The notes: generated by a model not told the origin, from the letters alone. A DNA stretch of 64,000 nt from Hyphomicrobiaceae bacterium (GCA_041397825.1 JAWKVX010000006.1:292023-356022), one strand, 5' to 3'; shown: positions 20,061 to 31,798, numbered from the stretch's first letter. Made by a program: numbers and translations.

Positions 20061-20086
20061 GTCATGCCAGCGAAGGCCGGTATGAC
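20061..20086. repeat. REP-like imperfect hairpin (single copy in window)
   Basis: gtcatgccagc-gaag-gccggtatgac, 11-position stem with one G-U and one mismatch. Resembles the VIPAKAGI-type palindromic elements of alphaproteobacteria. Confidence 0.3.
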
Positions 20087-20112
20087 GAAATCCATGCGAT
20101 TCGACGCCTGTG

Positions 20113-20937
20113 CTAACCAGCTTCCGGTTTCCGCGCCAGGATCACATAGTCGGTCCCCGCACTCCGCGCATCGATCGTCTCGAGCCCCGCGAACGCCACG
20201 CATTGGCGAAGCAGGCCAAGATCGAAGACATGGTGATGCATGTAGCGCGTCTTGATATTGTCCTCGATCATCTCGAGAAATTTCTCGCGGCTCGGGATGA
20301 AATGGGCGAGCGAGATGTCGAAACTCTCGGCGAACTCGGCGCGGTGCGTTGAATCGGTCTCGGGAACGTCTTTCCCGAAATCCTCGAGCAAATGGCTGAA
20401 CTCCGTCACCTTCCGGCGGTGGTCGAAATTCGTTTCCTTCCTCGGTAGTACCGCGATAAGGGAGCCCCCCGGCGCCAGGATGGCCGCCATGGCTCGGAAT
20501 GCCTTGAGGGGATTGGCGATGTGCTCGATGCAGTTCGACGACACGATGAACTCGTAGGGCGGATTGGGCGCGGCAGAGTCGATCAGCGTCGCCTCGGCGG
20601 GGAATTGTCGGCCGAGGGTTCGGCCCTCGACGGTGAACTCGTCCGTTTTGATCTCGCCTTCCCAGAAGGTCGTCGTGGCGTAGTTGCAGTTGTCCATGCT
20701 GCCGACGCGGCCATAGAGCGGGAGTTGGCCGTCAGCGCGGAAGAAATAGCTCGGCCCGCCGATCTCGAGGCCGTGCTTGCCCCGAATGGCGGTGTCGTAG
20801 GGCGTCATGTCTGGCAGCGGCGTATTGAGCCTGCGGTGATAAGGGCGGACGACGTAGCGGATCTTCGCATAACGAGCAAACGGCACGACGCCAAATCGGC
20901 TCAAGTGCCGGTGGGCGTTCTGGAGTTTCTGGCGCAT
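20113..20937 (-). CDS. class I SAM-dependent methyltransferase (substrate unknown)
   Basis: 274 aa, GLEIGGPS motif I-like, FIVSSNCIEHI and LAPGGSLIAVLP motifs. Confidence 0.65.
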   Translation of the reverse strand: MRQKLQNAHRHLSRFGVVPFARYAKIRYVVRPYHRRLNTPLPDMTPYDTAIRGKHGLEIGGPSYFFRADGQLPLYGRVGSMDNCNYATTTFWEGEIKTDEFTVEGRTLGRQFPAEATLIDSAAPNPPYEFIVSSNCIEHIANPLKAFRAMAAILAPGGSLIAVLPRKETNFDHRRKVTEFSHLLEDFGKDVPETDSTHRAEFAESFDISLAHFIPSREKFLEMIEDNIKTRYMHHHVFDLGLLRQCVAFAGLETIDARSAGTDYVILARKPEAG

Positions 20938-20990
20938 GGGCCCCCCGATGCAATCGGGATTGAAAATGCGCGAGGTCGATTGAGACTTGG

Positions 20991-23021
20991 TTAAGCCTTC
21001 GTGAGCCGGGCGGCCTTGAGATGGGCCTTGAGCGCTTCCGCCTCGCCGAGAGGTTGCGAGCAGACGGAGCCGAGACAGACATAGGCACGGGCAGACCCAT
21101 CCGAGGCGGTGGATTTCCCGTAGAGCGGCGACGCGATGGCAATCTGCGACGGATCGGTCACGTGCTGCACGACAGCACCAGGCAGCGAGGTTTGGCGAAT
21201 GACGTCCATCAGCTCGTTGGAGCCCACCTCGCCGATGACAGCGACCTGTTGCGGCAGCATGCCGTCCATCGATCCCGCGAGCAGACCGGTATGACCGTGC
21301 GGTGCCGAAACGATGTCGGTCAGAAACGCATCGACGATGGCGTCGGCGCGGGCGCGATAGGCGGGATCACCCGTCAGCGCATAGAGCTGCATCAGGTTTG
21401 TGATCATCGTGCCGTTCGCATTCGGCGTCGCGTCGTCATGACCGGCGCGGGTGCGGACGATGAGATCGTCGGTGTCGTCTGCGGTGAAGGAATATCCGCC
21501 TGCTTCCGACCAGTAGTGACGGTCGAGGCTGGAGGTCCAGGTCTTGGCATCCTCGAGATAGTGGACATCACCCGTGGCCTGGTGGAGGACCAGGGCCGCT
21601 GAGATCATGTTGGCGTAGTCGGCGGCAATAGCCGGAGCTTTCGCGATCCCGGCGCGATAGGCATGCGAGAGCCGGCCATCATCGCGGCCGAGCAGGCGCT
21701 TCACCGCGTCATAGAAGGGCCGGACCATCTCGATCATCCTGGCGTTGTCGAGTGCGAACCCAGCCTGCGTGATGGCCGCGATCATCAAGCCATTCCAGTC
21801 AGCCAGCACCTTGTCGTCGAAGCCGGGCTTCACGCGCGTTTCGCGGTGAGCGTTGAGCATGTCGCGCATGGCGGTCAGCCGCTGCTCGGTCGCGCCGTCA
21901 TCCAGCGCGAGCTTCGAGAGCCGGTTCGGTATGTTGCGGCTTTCGAAGTTGCCACCGGGCGTGATGTCGTAGATGCGGCAGAAGAGGGTGGCATCCTCGA
22001 CCCCGAGCACCTGCTCGACCTCGTCGGGTGTCCAGACGTAGAACTTGCCCTCCTCGCCCTCCGAGTCGGCGTCCCAGGACGCCGCGAAGCCGCCATCGGG
22101 CGCCGTCATCTCGCGGAAGACGAACGAAACGGTCTCCTCGATGCGCTGCCGGAACAGGCCGGATCTCGTCTCTTTCCAGGCCTCCGTCAGGAGTTGTAGG
22201 AGCAGTGCATTGTCGTAGAGCATCTTCTCGAAGTGAGGCACGAGCCAGCGCTCGTCGACCGAATAGCGGGCGAAACCTCCGCCGATGTGATCGTAGATGC
22301 CGCCCTGGCAGATATTCATCAGTGTACGTATCACAGCCTCTCTGGCCGGTTGGAGGCCGTAGCGGATGCCGGCGCGCCAGAGGAACCAGAAGATGGAGAA
22401 CTGTGGAAACTTCGGCGCACCTTGCATGCCGCCATGGACCGGATCGACCGCTTGCACCATCCGCTCAGCGAGATCCTTCAAGCCGGCCTCGCTCACGCGT
22501 CCACGATGCTCCTGCGGCCGCTCGGCTTGGAGCCTCGCCATCAGCGCGCCGGCGTTGGTCTCGACCTTCTCGCGCTCGTTCGCATAGATTCGGGCGATCT
22601 CGGTTAGCACGCGCTTGAACGATGGCCTGCCATATCGGTCATCCGGCGGAAAATACGTGCCGCCCCAGAACGGGCGGGCATCCGGGGTGAGGAACATCGT
22701 CAGCGGCCAGCCACCCTGCTCACCGGTGGCGTGGAGGGCCGTCATATAGATCGTGTCGATGTCGGGCCGCTCCTCCCGGTCGACCTTGATGCAGACATAG
22801 AGCCGGTTCATCAGCTCTGCCGTCACCTCGTCCTCGAAACTCTCATGTGCCATGACATGGCACCAGTGGCAGGCCGCATAGCCAATCGAGAGGAGGATCG
22901 GCTTCCCCGTCGCTTGCGCTTCGGCAAGCGCGTCCGGTCCCCAGGCCCACCAATGCACTGGGTTGTTCTCGTGCTGCAGGAGATAGGGGCTCGTTTCCTT
23001 CGCGAGGCGGTTGTGCGACAT
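20991..23021 (-). CDS. thioredoxin-domain (DUF255/YyaL-like) protein with six-hairpin glycosidase-like C-terminal domain
   Basis: [43 protein letters not shown]. Second ATG chosen (GGAG SD 6 nt upstream). Confidence 0.88.
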   Translation of the reverse strand: MSHNRLAKETSPYLLQHENNPVHWWAWGPDALAEAQATGKPILLSIGYAACHWCHVMAHESFEDEVTAELMNRLYVCIKVDREERPDIDTIYMTALHATGEQGGWPLTMFLTPDARPFWGGTYFPPDDRYGRPSFKRVLTEIARIYANEREKVETNAGALMARLQAERPQEHRGRVSEAGLKDLAERMVQAVDPVHGGMQGAPKFPQFSIFWFLWRAGIRYGLQPAREAVIRTLMNICQGGIYDHIGGGFARYSVDERWLVPHFEKMLYDNALLLQLLTEAWKETRSGLFRQRIEETVSFVFREMTAPDGGFAASWDADSEGEEGKFYVWTPDEVEQVLGVEDATLFCRIYDITPGGNFESRNIPNRLSKLALDDGATEQRLTAMRDMLNAHRETRVKPGFDDKVLADWNGLMIAAITQAGFALDNARMIEMVRPFYDAVKRLLGRDDGRLSHAYRAGIAKAPAIAADYANMISAALVLHQATGDVHYLEDAKTWTSSLDRHYWSEAGGYSFTADDTDDLIVRTRAGHDDATPNANGTMITNLMQLYALTGDPAYRARADAIVDAFLTDIVSAPHGHTGLLAGSMDGMLPQQVAVIGEVGSNELMDVIRQTSLPGAVVQHVTDPSQIAIASPLYGKSTASDGSARAYVCLGSVCSQPLGEAEALKAHLKAARLTKA

Positions 23022-23064
23022 CATCCTCTCCAAGATCCGAACGACCCTATAGGGCCTGTCAGTC

Positions 23065-24402
23065 ATGTCGAGTGCGAGCACGATTTATGCCCTGTCGAGC
23101 GGCCAGGGACCGGCAGCCATTGCGGTCATCCGCATCTCCGGACCTCGGGCCGTCGATGCGCTGCTGGCACTGACGGGCTCCGTGCCCGAACCACGGCGAG
23201 CAGCACTCCGTCGTCTGTCTCGACCCATTCGCGGCACTCTTCTGGACGAAGCGCTCGTCCTCTACTTCAAGGCCCCACACTCGGAAACCGGCGAGGATCT
23301 GGTCGAGTTGCATGCGCACGGTGGGCGAGCCGTGGTCTCTGCCATTCTTGCGGAGCTCGCAAAGCTCGAGGGCTACCGGCTTGCAGAGCCGGGCGAGTTC
23401 GTCCGCCGCGCCTTCGAGGCCGGGAAGCTCGATCTGGTCGGCATCGAGGGACTGGCCGACCTGATCAATGCCGAGACCGAGGCGCAGCGCGAGCAAGCGA
23501 TCCGCCAAGCGGCGGGCGAGCCGAGCCGGCTTTATGAGAGCTGGCGTCAGAACCTGCTCGAGGCACTTGCCTTGGCCGAGGCGAGCCTCGATTTCGCGGA
23601 GGAGGCCGATGTCGCTGCCGACGCCTATGCCAGGGCCATTTCGGTCGCACGCCCCATACATGATGAGATGCGGGACCGGCTGGCGGACGACCACCGAGGT
23701 GAGATCCTTCGAGAAGGCTTCAGGGTTGTCCTGGCGGGTCCGCCGAATGCCGGCAAATCCAGTCTCTTGAACGCACTGGCTCGACGCGATGTGGCCATCG
23801 TCTCTCCGGAAGCCGGGACGACTCGCGACGCCTTGGAGGTGCGGCTCGATCTCGGTGGCTATCCGGTCATCGTGACCGACACGGCCGGCCTGAGGGAGCC
23901 TGAGGGGGCCATCGAGGCCGAGGGCATCCGGCGCAGTCTTGGCCATATGCGCCAGGCCCAAATGGTGCTCTGGCTCGTTGAATCGACCGGTGGCACGGTC
24001 GAGCCACCGGTCGGGGTGCAAGCGATCGGCGCACCCATCCGACCGATCATCACCAAGGGCGACCTCGTTTGCCGTCCGGTCCCTGGCATGATGCCCGATA
24101 CCCTCCGCGTCTCGGCACGGACCGGACGCGGTCTATCGGAGCTCATTCACGAGATCGGTGAGGCGGCCTCCAAGGCGCTGGCAACAGGTTCCACCGCCAT
24201 CATCACGCGAGAGCGTCATCGTCTCGCTTTGGAGGAGATGGTCGCCGGCTTGGCCGACTTTCAGGCCTCGGACCCGTCGCGACCGGAGCTGGGCGTCGAA
24301 GAGCTGAGGCGATCGGTGATCGCTCTTGGTCGCCTCACCGGTCGGATCGACGTCGAGGACGTGCTCGGGGTCATCTTCGGCAGTTTCTGCATCGGCAAGT
24401 GA
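23065..24402 (+). CDS. mnmE: tRNA uridine-5-carboxymethylaminomethyl modification GTPase
   Basis: [34 protein letters not shown]-terminal FCIGK. Confidence 0.95.
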   Translation: MSSASTIYALSSGQGPAAIAVIRISGPRAVDALLALTGSVPEPRRAALRRLSRPIRGTLLDEALVLYFKAPHSETGEDLVELHAHGGRAVVSAILAELAKLEGYRLAEPGEFVRRAFEAGKLDLVGIEGLADLINAETEAQREQAIRQAAGEPSRLYESWRQNLLEALALAEASLDFAEEADVAADAYARAISVARPIHDEMRDRLADDHRGEILREGFRVVLAGPPNAGKSSLLNALARRDVAIVSPEAGTTRDALEVRLDLGGYPVIVTDTAGLREPEGAIEAEGIRRSLGHMRQAQMVLWLVESTGGTVEPPVGVQAIGAPIRPIITKGDLVCRPVPGMMPDTLRVSARTGRGLSELIHEIGEAASKALATGSTAIITRERHRLALEEMVAGLADFQASDPSRPELGVEELRRSVIALGRLTGRIDVEDVLGVIFGSFCIGK

Positions 24403-24419
24403 TGCCAAGGTCGAGCCCG

Positions 24420-24435
24420 TGTTTCACGTGAAACA
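24420..24435. promoter_or_regulatory. parS centromere site, perfect 16-bp palindrome
   Basis: TGTTTCACGTGAAACA read directly, in the mnmE-mnmG intergenic region. Confidence 0.85.
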
Positions 24436-24664
24436 TTTCAAGCGTCGATTTGGCGCCCGTCCGGGGTCGACCGGCATTCCATCCCCGCCGGCGGACGATT
24501 TTTCGACCTCGTCCCTGGCCGGGGAGGCTTTTCCGGGGTTCAGGGAGGGTTGAGAGCGCCCGATCCGATGCGGGGGACGGTTCCCGTCCGGCCTCCAAGT
24601 GCGCGTTTGACCCAGAATCGGTGATCGAATACGGTCCCGGACGTCTCCAGACCTCAGAGAGCCC

Positions 24665-26530
24665 ATGTCGAATTTCGACGTCATCGTTGTTGGCGGCGGT
24701 CACGCCGGATGCGAGGCCGCAGCAGCGTCGGCGCGGCTCGGCGCGCGCACGGCGCTGGTCACGCATCGGTTCGCGACCATCGGCGAGATGTCCTGTAACC
24801 CGGCTTTCGGAGGACTGGGCAAGGGTCATCTGGTTCGCGAGATCGACGCTCTGGACGGTCTGATGGGACGGGCGGCAGATGCCGCTGGGATCCACTATCG
24901 GCTTCTGAACCGCTCGAAAGGTCCCGCCGTCCAAGGACCCCGCTGCCAGGCAGACCGGGCGCTCTATCGCAGCGCCATGCAGCGATTGATCCAGGAGCAG
25001 GCGGACCTGGAGGTGCTCGAAGGAGGGGTCGAGGCCCTGATCGTAAAGTCCGGTGAGGTCCGGGGCGTGGTTCTTGGCTCAGGCAATCGGCTCACGGCCG
25101 GAGCGGTGGTGCTGACGACCGGCACCTTCCTCAACGGCCTCATCCACATCGGGCCGGAGCAGGTTCCGGCCGGTCGGGTCGGAGAGGCCCCGGCTCGCCG
25201 CCTGTCGGAGCACCTGGTCGCGGCGGGAGCTCGTCTGGGCCGGCTGAAGACCGGGACCCCACCACGACTTGATGGTACAACCATTGACTGGTCGCGACTT
25301 CAACCCCAACCGGGAGATGCCGAGCCGGTTCCGCTCTCGTTGATGACCGAGCGGGTCGGCAATCCGCAAATACCTTGCCACATCACCGAGACGACCCTCG
25401 CAACCCACGAGATCATCCGGGAGAACCTACATCTGTCGGCCATGTATTCGGGAGAGATCACAGGAATCGGCCCACGCTATTGCCCATCGGTCGAGGACAA
25501 GGTCGTCCGGTTTGCCGATCGTGAGCGCCATCAGGTGTTTCTCGAGCCGGAAGGGCTCGAGGACACCACGATCTATCCAAATGGCCTGTCGACCTCGCTG
25601 CCGGCGACGGTCCAGGAGTCCTTCATCGCCAGCATCCCGGGTCTTGAGCGGGCGCGCATCGTGCGTCCGGGCTACGCCATCGAGTATGACTATCTGGATC
25701 CGCGCGATCTCTGGCCGACGCTCGAGACCCGGTATTTGCCAGGGCTGTTCCTCGCCGGCCAGATCAACGGCACGACAGGCTATGAGGAAGCCGGCGGCCA
25801 GGGGTTGCTTGCGGGACTCAATGCGGCCCGACGGGCCAGCCAGGGGAAAGCCGATTTCACCATCGGACGCGCAGATGCCTATCTCGGTGTTATGATCGAC
25901 GATCTGGTCATGCGCGGGGTCTCAGAACCCTATCGGATGTTCACTTCCCGCTCCGAGTATCGATTGCATCTCAGGGCGGACAATGCCGACAGGCGCCTCA
26001 CACCACTCGGTCTCGCGATCGGCTGCGTCGGCTCGGAGAGGTCGGGACGGTTCGAGCGGAAGCTCGGGTCGCTCGAGGCCGCGCGGGATGCTCTCAGTCA
26101 ACTGTCCATGACGCCGGACGAAGCCGCCCGGCACGGGGTCGACATCCGCCGGGACGGCCGGCGGCGCACGGCCTTCGAGTTGTTGGCGCTGCCAGGCCTG
26201 TCGATGGAGCGGCTGTCAGGCATCTGGCCGGCCCTCGCCTCTATTCCGGCGTCGATCGTTTCGGAGATCGAGACCGATGCGCGGTACTCCGTCTATTTGA
26301 CGCGGCAGGCGGAGGAAATCGCGGCGCTCCGGAGAGATGATGCACTCGGTATCCCGGCGGACCTCGACATTGCCGCACTCTCCGGCCTCTCGAACGAGAT
26401 TCGGCAGAAGCTGATCCGCCATCGGCCGTCGACGATTGCGCAGGCTTCGCGCATGGACGGCATGACACCATCCGCCTTGATGTTGCTGCTAGCCCACGTC
26501 AAGAGCCGCGCTCGACGGAAAAGCGCCTGA
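24665..26530 (+). CDS. mnmG: tRNA uridine 5-carboxymethylaminomethyl modification enzyme
   Basis: [39 protein letters not shown], 621 aa. Confidence 0.97.
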   Translation: MSNFDVIVVGGGHAGCEAAAASARLGARTALVTHRFATIGEMSCNPAFGGLGKGHLVREIDALDGLMGRAADAAGIHYRLLNRSKGPAVQGPRCQADRALYRSAMQRLIQEQADLEVLEGGVEALIVKSGEVRGVVLGSGNRLTAGAVVLTTGTFLNGLIHIGPEQVPAGRVGEAPARRLSEHLVAAGARLGRLKTGTPPRLDGTTIDWSRLQPQPGDAEPVPLSLMTERVGNPQIPCHITETTLATHEIIRENLHLSAMYSGEITGIGPRYCPSVEDKVVRFADRERHQVFLEPEGLEDTTIYPNGLSTSLPATVQESFIASIPGLERARIVRPGYAIEYDYLDPRDLWPTLETRYLPGLFLAGQINGTTGYEEAGGQGLLAGLNAARRASQGKADFTIGRADAYLGVMIDDLVMRGVSEPYRMFTSRSEYRLHLRADNADRRLTPLGLAIGCVGSERSGRFERKLGSLEAARDALSQLSMTPDEAARHGVDIRRDGRRRTAFELLALPGLSMERLSGIWPALASIPASIVSEIETDARYSVYLTRQAEEIAALRRDDALGIPADLDIAALSGLSNEIRQKLIRHRPSTIAQASRMDGMTPSALMLLLAHVKSRARRKSA

Positions 26531-26533
26531 GCC

Positions 26534-27190
26534 ATGGCCCATCTGCCCAGCATCGGTAGCCCGGCCGACTTCGCCAGGGTGTTTGGCGTTTCACGTGAAA
26601 CAATTGCCCGGCTGGAGACCTACCAAGCGCTCCTCGAGCGGTGGTCGCATGTGAAGGACCTCGTCGCTCCGGGGACGATGAGCCAGATTTGGTACCGGCA
26701 TTTCACAGATAGCGCACAGCTTATCCGCCTCGCGCCTGACGCCCGGTGTTGGCTGGATCTTGGCTCGGGCGCCGGGTTCCCGGGCTTGGTTGTCGCCATC
26801 CTGCTCAAAGGAACAGCCGGTGTGCGGGTCGGCCTGGTGGAGAGCAACGCGCGCAAGTGTGCCTTCCTGCGGGATGTCGCCCGACAGACCGGGGCGCCTG
26901 TGGATATTTTTCCATCGCGCATCCAGGAGCTGGCGACTCAGAATAGAGTGGATAACTACGACGTCGTGACGGCGCGTGCTCTGGCTCCTCTCGGGGAGCT
27001 GCTGGAGCTGGCCACTCCCTTTTTCCGGTCAGAGACAGTCGGTTTGTTTCTCAAAGGCCGAACCGCCGCAGACGAGGTCCGGGAAGCCAGCCGTCGCTGG
27101 GATTTCGTGGCCGAGCTGCACGAGAGTCTTACGGAGTCCGAGGCCCGGATCGTCGAGATCCGACGATTGATGCCTCGGAGAAGGAGCTGA
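26534..27190 (+). CDS. rsmG: 16S rRNA (guanine527-N7)-methyltransferase
   Basis: FGVSRETIARLE, DLGSGAGFPGLVVAI, 218 aa, directly follows mnmG. Confidence 0.93.
   Translation: MAHLPSIGSPADFARVFGVSRETIARLETYQALLERWSHVKDLVAPGTMSQIWYRHFTDSAQLIRLAPDARCWLDLGSGAGFPGLVVAILLKGTAGVRVGLVESNARKCAFLRDVARQTGAPVDIFPSRIQELATQNRVDNYDVVTARALAPLGELLELATPFFRSETVGLFLKGRTAADEVREASRRWDFVAELHESLTESEARIVEIRRLMPRRRS
26587..26602. promoter_or_regulatory. parS-like site inside rsmG (15/16 match)
   Basis: CGTTTCACGTGAAACA has a perfect 14-bp palindromic core GTTTCACGTGAAAC and encodes the VSRET motif of RsmG. Confidence 0.7.
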
Positions 27191-27194
27191 CGAG

Positions 27195-28019
<825 letters not shown>

Positions 28020-28051
28020 GTACCGGCCGCAATTCACCTCGGGAGAACGCA

Positions 28052-28927
28052 ATGTCGATGTCGGGACCAGTGCAGCGCGGACGGCTGGGTCGGGGGCTTG
28101 CCTCGCTGATCGGCGATTCCTCGCCGCATGCGGACAAGCTGCCGGCGGAAGGTGAGCAGCGGTTGGTGGCGATCGAGCAGATCCGGTCCTCGACCCTCAA
28201 TCCGCGCCAGTCGTTCGACGAGGCCGAGCTCGACGAGCTGGCCGCCTCGATCCGCGAGCGGGGCCTGGTACAGCCGATCATCGTGCGGCCGGTTTCAGGC
28301 GGGACCTACGAGATCGTCGCCGGCGAGCGACGGTGGCGGGCTGCGCAGCGGGCGGGGCTCGGCTCCGTCCCGGTGATCGTCCGTGAGTTGAATGACAAAG
28401 AGGTCCTCGAGCTCGCCATTATCGAGAATGTCCAGCGCTCCGACCTCAATGCGATCGACGAGGCGCGTGGCTATCGCGAGCTGATCGATCGTTTTGGCTA
28501 CAACCAGGATGAGCTGGCGCAGATCATCGGCAAGAGCCGGAGCCATCTCGCCAATACGGTGCGGCTCCTGAAGCTGCCCGAGCGCGTGCAGCAGCTGTTG
28601 CAGGACGGCAAGTTGTCGGCTGGACATGGCCGAGCCCTCGTCGGCCGTGACGATGCGGAGAAGCTGGCGGAGACCGTCGTGTCCAAGGGTCTGAGCGTCC
28701 GTGAGGTCGAGGCGCTCGTGCAGCAGGCGCTGGTTCCCGAGGCGCCGCGGCAGAAGCGCGAGAAGGACCCGGATACGCAGGCGTTCGAGCGCGAGCTCAC
28801 CGAGGCATTGGGCCTCAAGGTCGAGGTGAAGCGCGGCTCGAACGAGAGCGGTGTGCTCACCATCCGGTTTCGCAACTATGACCAGCTCGACTATGTGAAG
28901 CTGCGGCTGCTGAACTCGGGCGGGTGA
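28052..28927 (+). CDS. parB: chromosome partitioning protein ParB
   Basis: RLGRGLASLIG, GLVQPIIVRP, IVAGERRWRAAQRAG, ENVQRSDLN. Internal ATG at 28052, since the track ORF overlaps parA. Confidence 0.95.
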   Translation: MSMSGPVQRGRLGRGLASLIGDSSPHADKLPAEGEQRLVAIEQIRSSTLNPRQSFDEAELDELAASIRERGLVQPIIVRPVSGGTYEIVAGERRWRAAQRAGLGSVPVIVRELNDKEVLELAIIENVQRSDLNAIDEARGYRELIDRFGYNQDELAQIIGKSRSHLANTVRLLKLPERVQQLLQDGKLSAGHGRALVGRDDAEKLAETVVSKGLSVREVEALVQQALVPEAPRQKREKDPDTQAFERELTEALGLKVEVKRGSNESGVLTIRFRNYDQLDYVKLRLLNSGG

Positions 28928-29487
28928 GACTGGCCCCGGGTTCTTGGCCCGACTTGCTCGAGGCTGTCAGAGCCTTTTGACGTTTGAAGCGGGTCTCCGG
29001 ATCGCGTTGATTTACCTCACAATCCGTCTATCCCGTGTCGTTACAATTCGGACCGGGATGCCAGGTTACGCACCGTCGAAGTCACTGTCGGCTTCCAAGG
29101 CAACCGGTGCCCAGGGGAACCGGGCAACGTCGCGGCTCGCCTGGTGGGCCTCAAAGGCGACAAATCATTCGCGCCGATGATCAGTCCTTGACCCGAAGGT
29201 CGACCTCTAGGCTGTCGAACGTGAAGACGCCTCTGTCCCAAGCGTTCAGAATTCTGGCGAGCGTCGCCGAGGTCGGAGGTGTATCCGAGCCGATGCCACT
29301 CGCGACCAGAGGCATTAACTGTCCGAAACAATTAGTTACAAGATGAATGCTGTACTCACCCGACTTACAGCTACGATCCGCCTTCCGGTGGCCTACACCG
29401 CGCCAACGTCAGGCCGGCCAAGGGCGTGGCTCACCGGACAAATAGAAGTCACAACCGGTCCACGGGACCGGAGAGCGGAGACGATCC

Positions 29488-30696
29488 ATGGCGATCAAAC
29501 GCGGCACCAGCAATCGGGATACTCTGACCGGAACCAATCTCAGCGACAGTCTTTTTGGACTGGGTGGCAACGATGTTCTGCTGGGTGCGGATGGGGACGA
29601 CAAGCTGTTCGGCGGCGACGGCAACGACAAGTTGGACGGCGGCAATGGCAATGACACCTTGGACGGCGGCGCCGGCAATGATCAGATGATCGGCGGCCTC
29701 GGCGCCGACACGATGCGCGGTCGCGCCGGCAACGACACATACGTCGTCGACGATGCGGGTGACGTGGTGATCGAGGCTGCCAATGCAGGTACCGATACCG
29801 TGCGTACTTCGGTTGGCTTCATTATGGGGGCCAATGTCGAGAGGCTGGTCATTCTCAGCACCGCGGAGTTGTTCTACGGCGGCAACGCGCTGAACAACGT
29901 GTTTACAGGCGGTTCGGCGGCCGACGAGATCGATGCCGGCGATGGCAACGATGTCATCCGAGCGGGCGGTGGCGATGATCAGATCGAGGGCGAAGCGGGC
30001 AACGACACCATCTTCGGTGGCGCCGGAAACGATGGTTTGGAGGGGGGCGAAGGATTCGACAGGATCTTCGGCGATGCGGGTGACGACGTCATCGACGGAG
30101 GAAGCGACGCTTCGGGCGACGAGCTACATGGGGGTGATGGAAACGATCTGATCTTCACGATATCAGGAAACAACAAGATTTTCGGCGATGCTGGCAATGA
30201 CGAACTGCAAGGTGGTACGCAAAACGACCTGATCGACGGAGGGGATGGCAATGACGTTATCGCTGACTTTGGTGGTGATGACGTCATGCGTGGAGGTAAT
30301 GGAAATGATGTAATCAACGGGTTTAACGGCGAGGATGAGATCGACGGTGGCGCCGGGTCGGACCTGCTGACCGGCGGAAACGACGCCGACACTTTCATCT
30401 TTCGCAACCCGTTCGATGGAAGCGATGCCGTCACGGATTTCGCCAATGCCGTCGACACGATCCAGATCTCGGGATCGGCTTTCGGCATGGCGTTCATCCT
30501 GCCGGGATTCAATTTGATCATCAGCAATACGGCGACAGCAGTCGCCAATACGCCAACATTGCTGTTTGATCTGGATGCCCCGGCAAAGACTCTTGTGTTC
30601 GACCCCGACGGCATCGGCAACGATGTTGGCGTGGTCGTTGCAGTATTCACGAATGGATCCGTGGTGAGCAATGGGAACTTTGAGCTGATCGCATAG
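29488..30696 (+). CDS. RTX-type calcium-binding repeat protein (putative T1SS substrate)
   Basis: 402 aa with many GG.G.D nonapeptide repeats (GGNDVLLGADGDDKLFGGDGNDKLDGGNGNDTLDGGAGND...). No Cys, no N-terminal signal peptide, non-repeat C-terminal ~90 aa. Confidence 0.85.
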   Translation: MAIKRGTSNRDTLTGTNLSDSLFGLGGNDVLLGADGDDKLFGGDGNDKLDGGNGNDTLDGGAGNDQMIGGLGADTMRGRAGNDTYVVDDAGDVVIEAANAGTDTVRTSVGFIMGANVERLVILSTAELFYGGNALNNVFTGGSAADEIDAGDGNDVIRAGGGDDQIEGEAGNDTIFGGAGNDGLEGGEGFDRIFGDAGDDVIDGGSDASGDELHGGDGNDLIFTISGNNKIFGDAGNDELQGGTQNDLIDGGDGNDVIADFGGDDVMRGGNGNDVINGFNGEDEIDGGAGSDLLTGGNDADTFIFRNPFDGSDAVTDFANAVDTIQISGSAFGMAFILPGFNLIISNTATAVANTPTLLFDLDAPAKTLVFDPDGIGNDVGVVVAVFTNGSVVSNGNFELIA

Positions 30697-30709
30697 CAGC
30701 TCTCTTGAC

Positions 30710-31798
30710 CTATTCCTTCCACTTCCGGTCCGGCACGACGACGAGTTTGCCGACGAAGCCTTTGGCCATGAAGTCGGCCTGGGCCTCGCGGATTTTCGAA
30801 AGCGGGTAGGTCTTCCAGAGCAGCGGCTTGATCCGGCCATCCTCGATGTAGCGGACGAGCCGCTGGAATGCCGCACGCGTGCCTTGGGATGAGCCGTGGA
30901 GCGTCAGGTGCTTGAGGTAGAGGGTTCGTAGATCAAGGGTTACCAGCGGCCCCGCAATGGCGCCGGCGGTGGTGTAGCGACCTTCGGGCCGGATGAGATT
31001 GATGAGATCGCCAAACAGCGGGCCGGCGACGAGATCAGCGACGACGTCGATCGGTCGGCCACCGGTCGCCCGGTGTACCGCCTCGCCGAGTGGCCCCTCC
31101 CCGCGTGTGATGACCGCCTCGGCACCGATGGCCTTGACGGCATTCTCCTTGCCTTGGCCTGCGAGCGCATAGGGAATGGCACCGCGCGCACGGCAAAGCT
31201 GAATCAGTCCGGAGCCGACACCACCCGATGCGCCCGTGATCAGAACCCGCTCGCCGGCTTCGACCCCCGCGCGGTCGAGCATATGCTCAGCCGTCAGGTA
31301 GGCACAGCAGAAGGTGGCAAGCTCGGCATCGCTGATCGGCCGCTTCACCTCGTAGACGTTCTCCGCCGGCGCGACCATGTATTCCGCATAGCCGCCGTCG
31401 CGGCCGTGGCCGATGTAGTCGATGTCGGCGAGCGACACGCCATCGCCGTTGTAGATCGAGAAGTCGACGATCACACGTTCGCCGATGCGCGCGGCATCGA
31501 CGCCTGCGCCGACCGCAGCGATGCGTCCAGCCGTGTCGGCGCCCTGAATGCGCGGGAATGTGAGTGTGTTCTCGAGCTGTCCGCGCCGCCAGCTGGCAAC
31601 GGCATTGGGATCGTCGTCGGTGCCATAGGCGCCCTGACGCACCCAGATGTCGGTGTTGTTCATGCCGCAGCCCGAAACCTCCACCAACACCTCACCGGGG
31701 CCTGGTTTCGGAACAAGTACGTCGTCGCGGACGTCGAGCTTCTCGAGTCCGCCGTGCCCGATCGTCAGCACGGCCTGCATGGTCTTTGGAATGCTCAT
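30710..31798 (-). CDS. zinc-type alcohol dehydrogenase / quinone oxidoreductase family (MDR) protein
   Basis: 362 aa, GPGEVLVEV..CGMNNTD, LITGASGGVGS Rossmann motif. ATG overlaps the upstream ABC ATPase stop (ATGA). Confidence 0.85.
   Translation of the reverse strand: MSIPKTMQAVLTIGHGGLEKLDVRDDVLVPKPGPGEVLVEVSGCGMNNTDIWVRQGAYGTDDDPNAVASWRRGQLENTLTFPRIQGADTAGRIAAVGAGVDAARIGERVIVDFSIYNGDGVSLADIDYIGHGRDGGYAEYMVAPAENVYEVKRPISDAELATFCCAYLTAEHMLDRAGVEAGERVLITGASGGVGSGLIQLCRARGAIPYALAGQGKENAVKAIGAEAVITRGEGPLGEAVHRATGGRPIDVVADLVAGPLFGDLINLIRPEGRYTTAGAIAGPLVTLDLRTLYLKHLTLHGSSQGTRAAFQRLVRYIEDGRIKPLLWKTYPLSKIREAQADFMAKGFVGKLVVVPDRKWKE

Noticed and set aside
29181-29315. 44-aa minus-strand ORF (MPLVASGIGSDTPPTSATLARILNAWDRGVFTFDSLEVDLRVKD) in the parB-RTX gap
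   Set aside because: The translation looks protein-like, but the ORF is short, has no obvious SD and no recognisable family. I cannot distinguish it from chance or a gene remnant without a database search.
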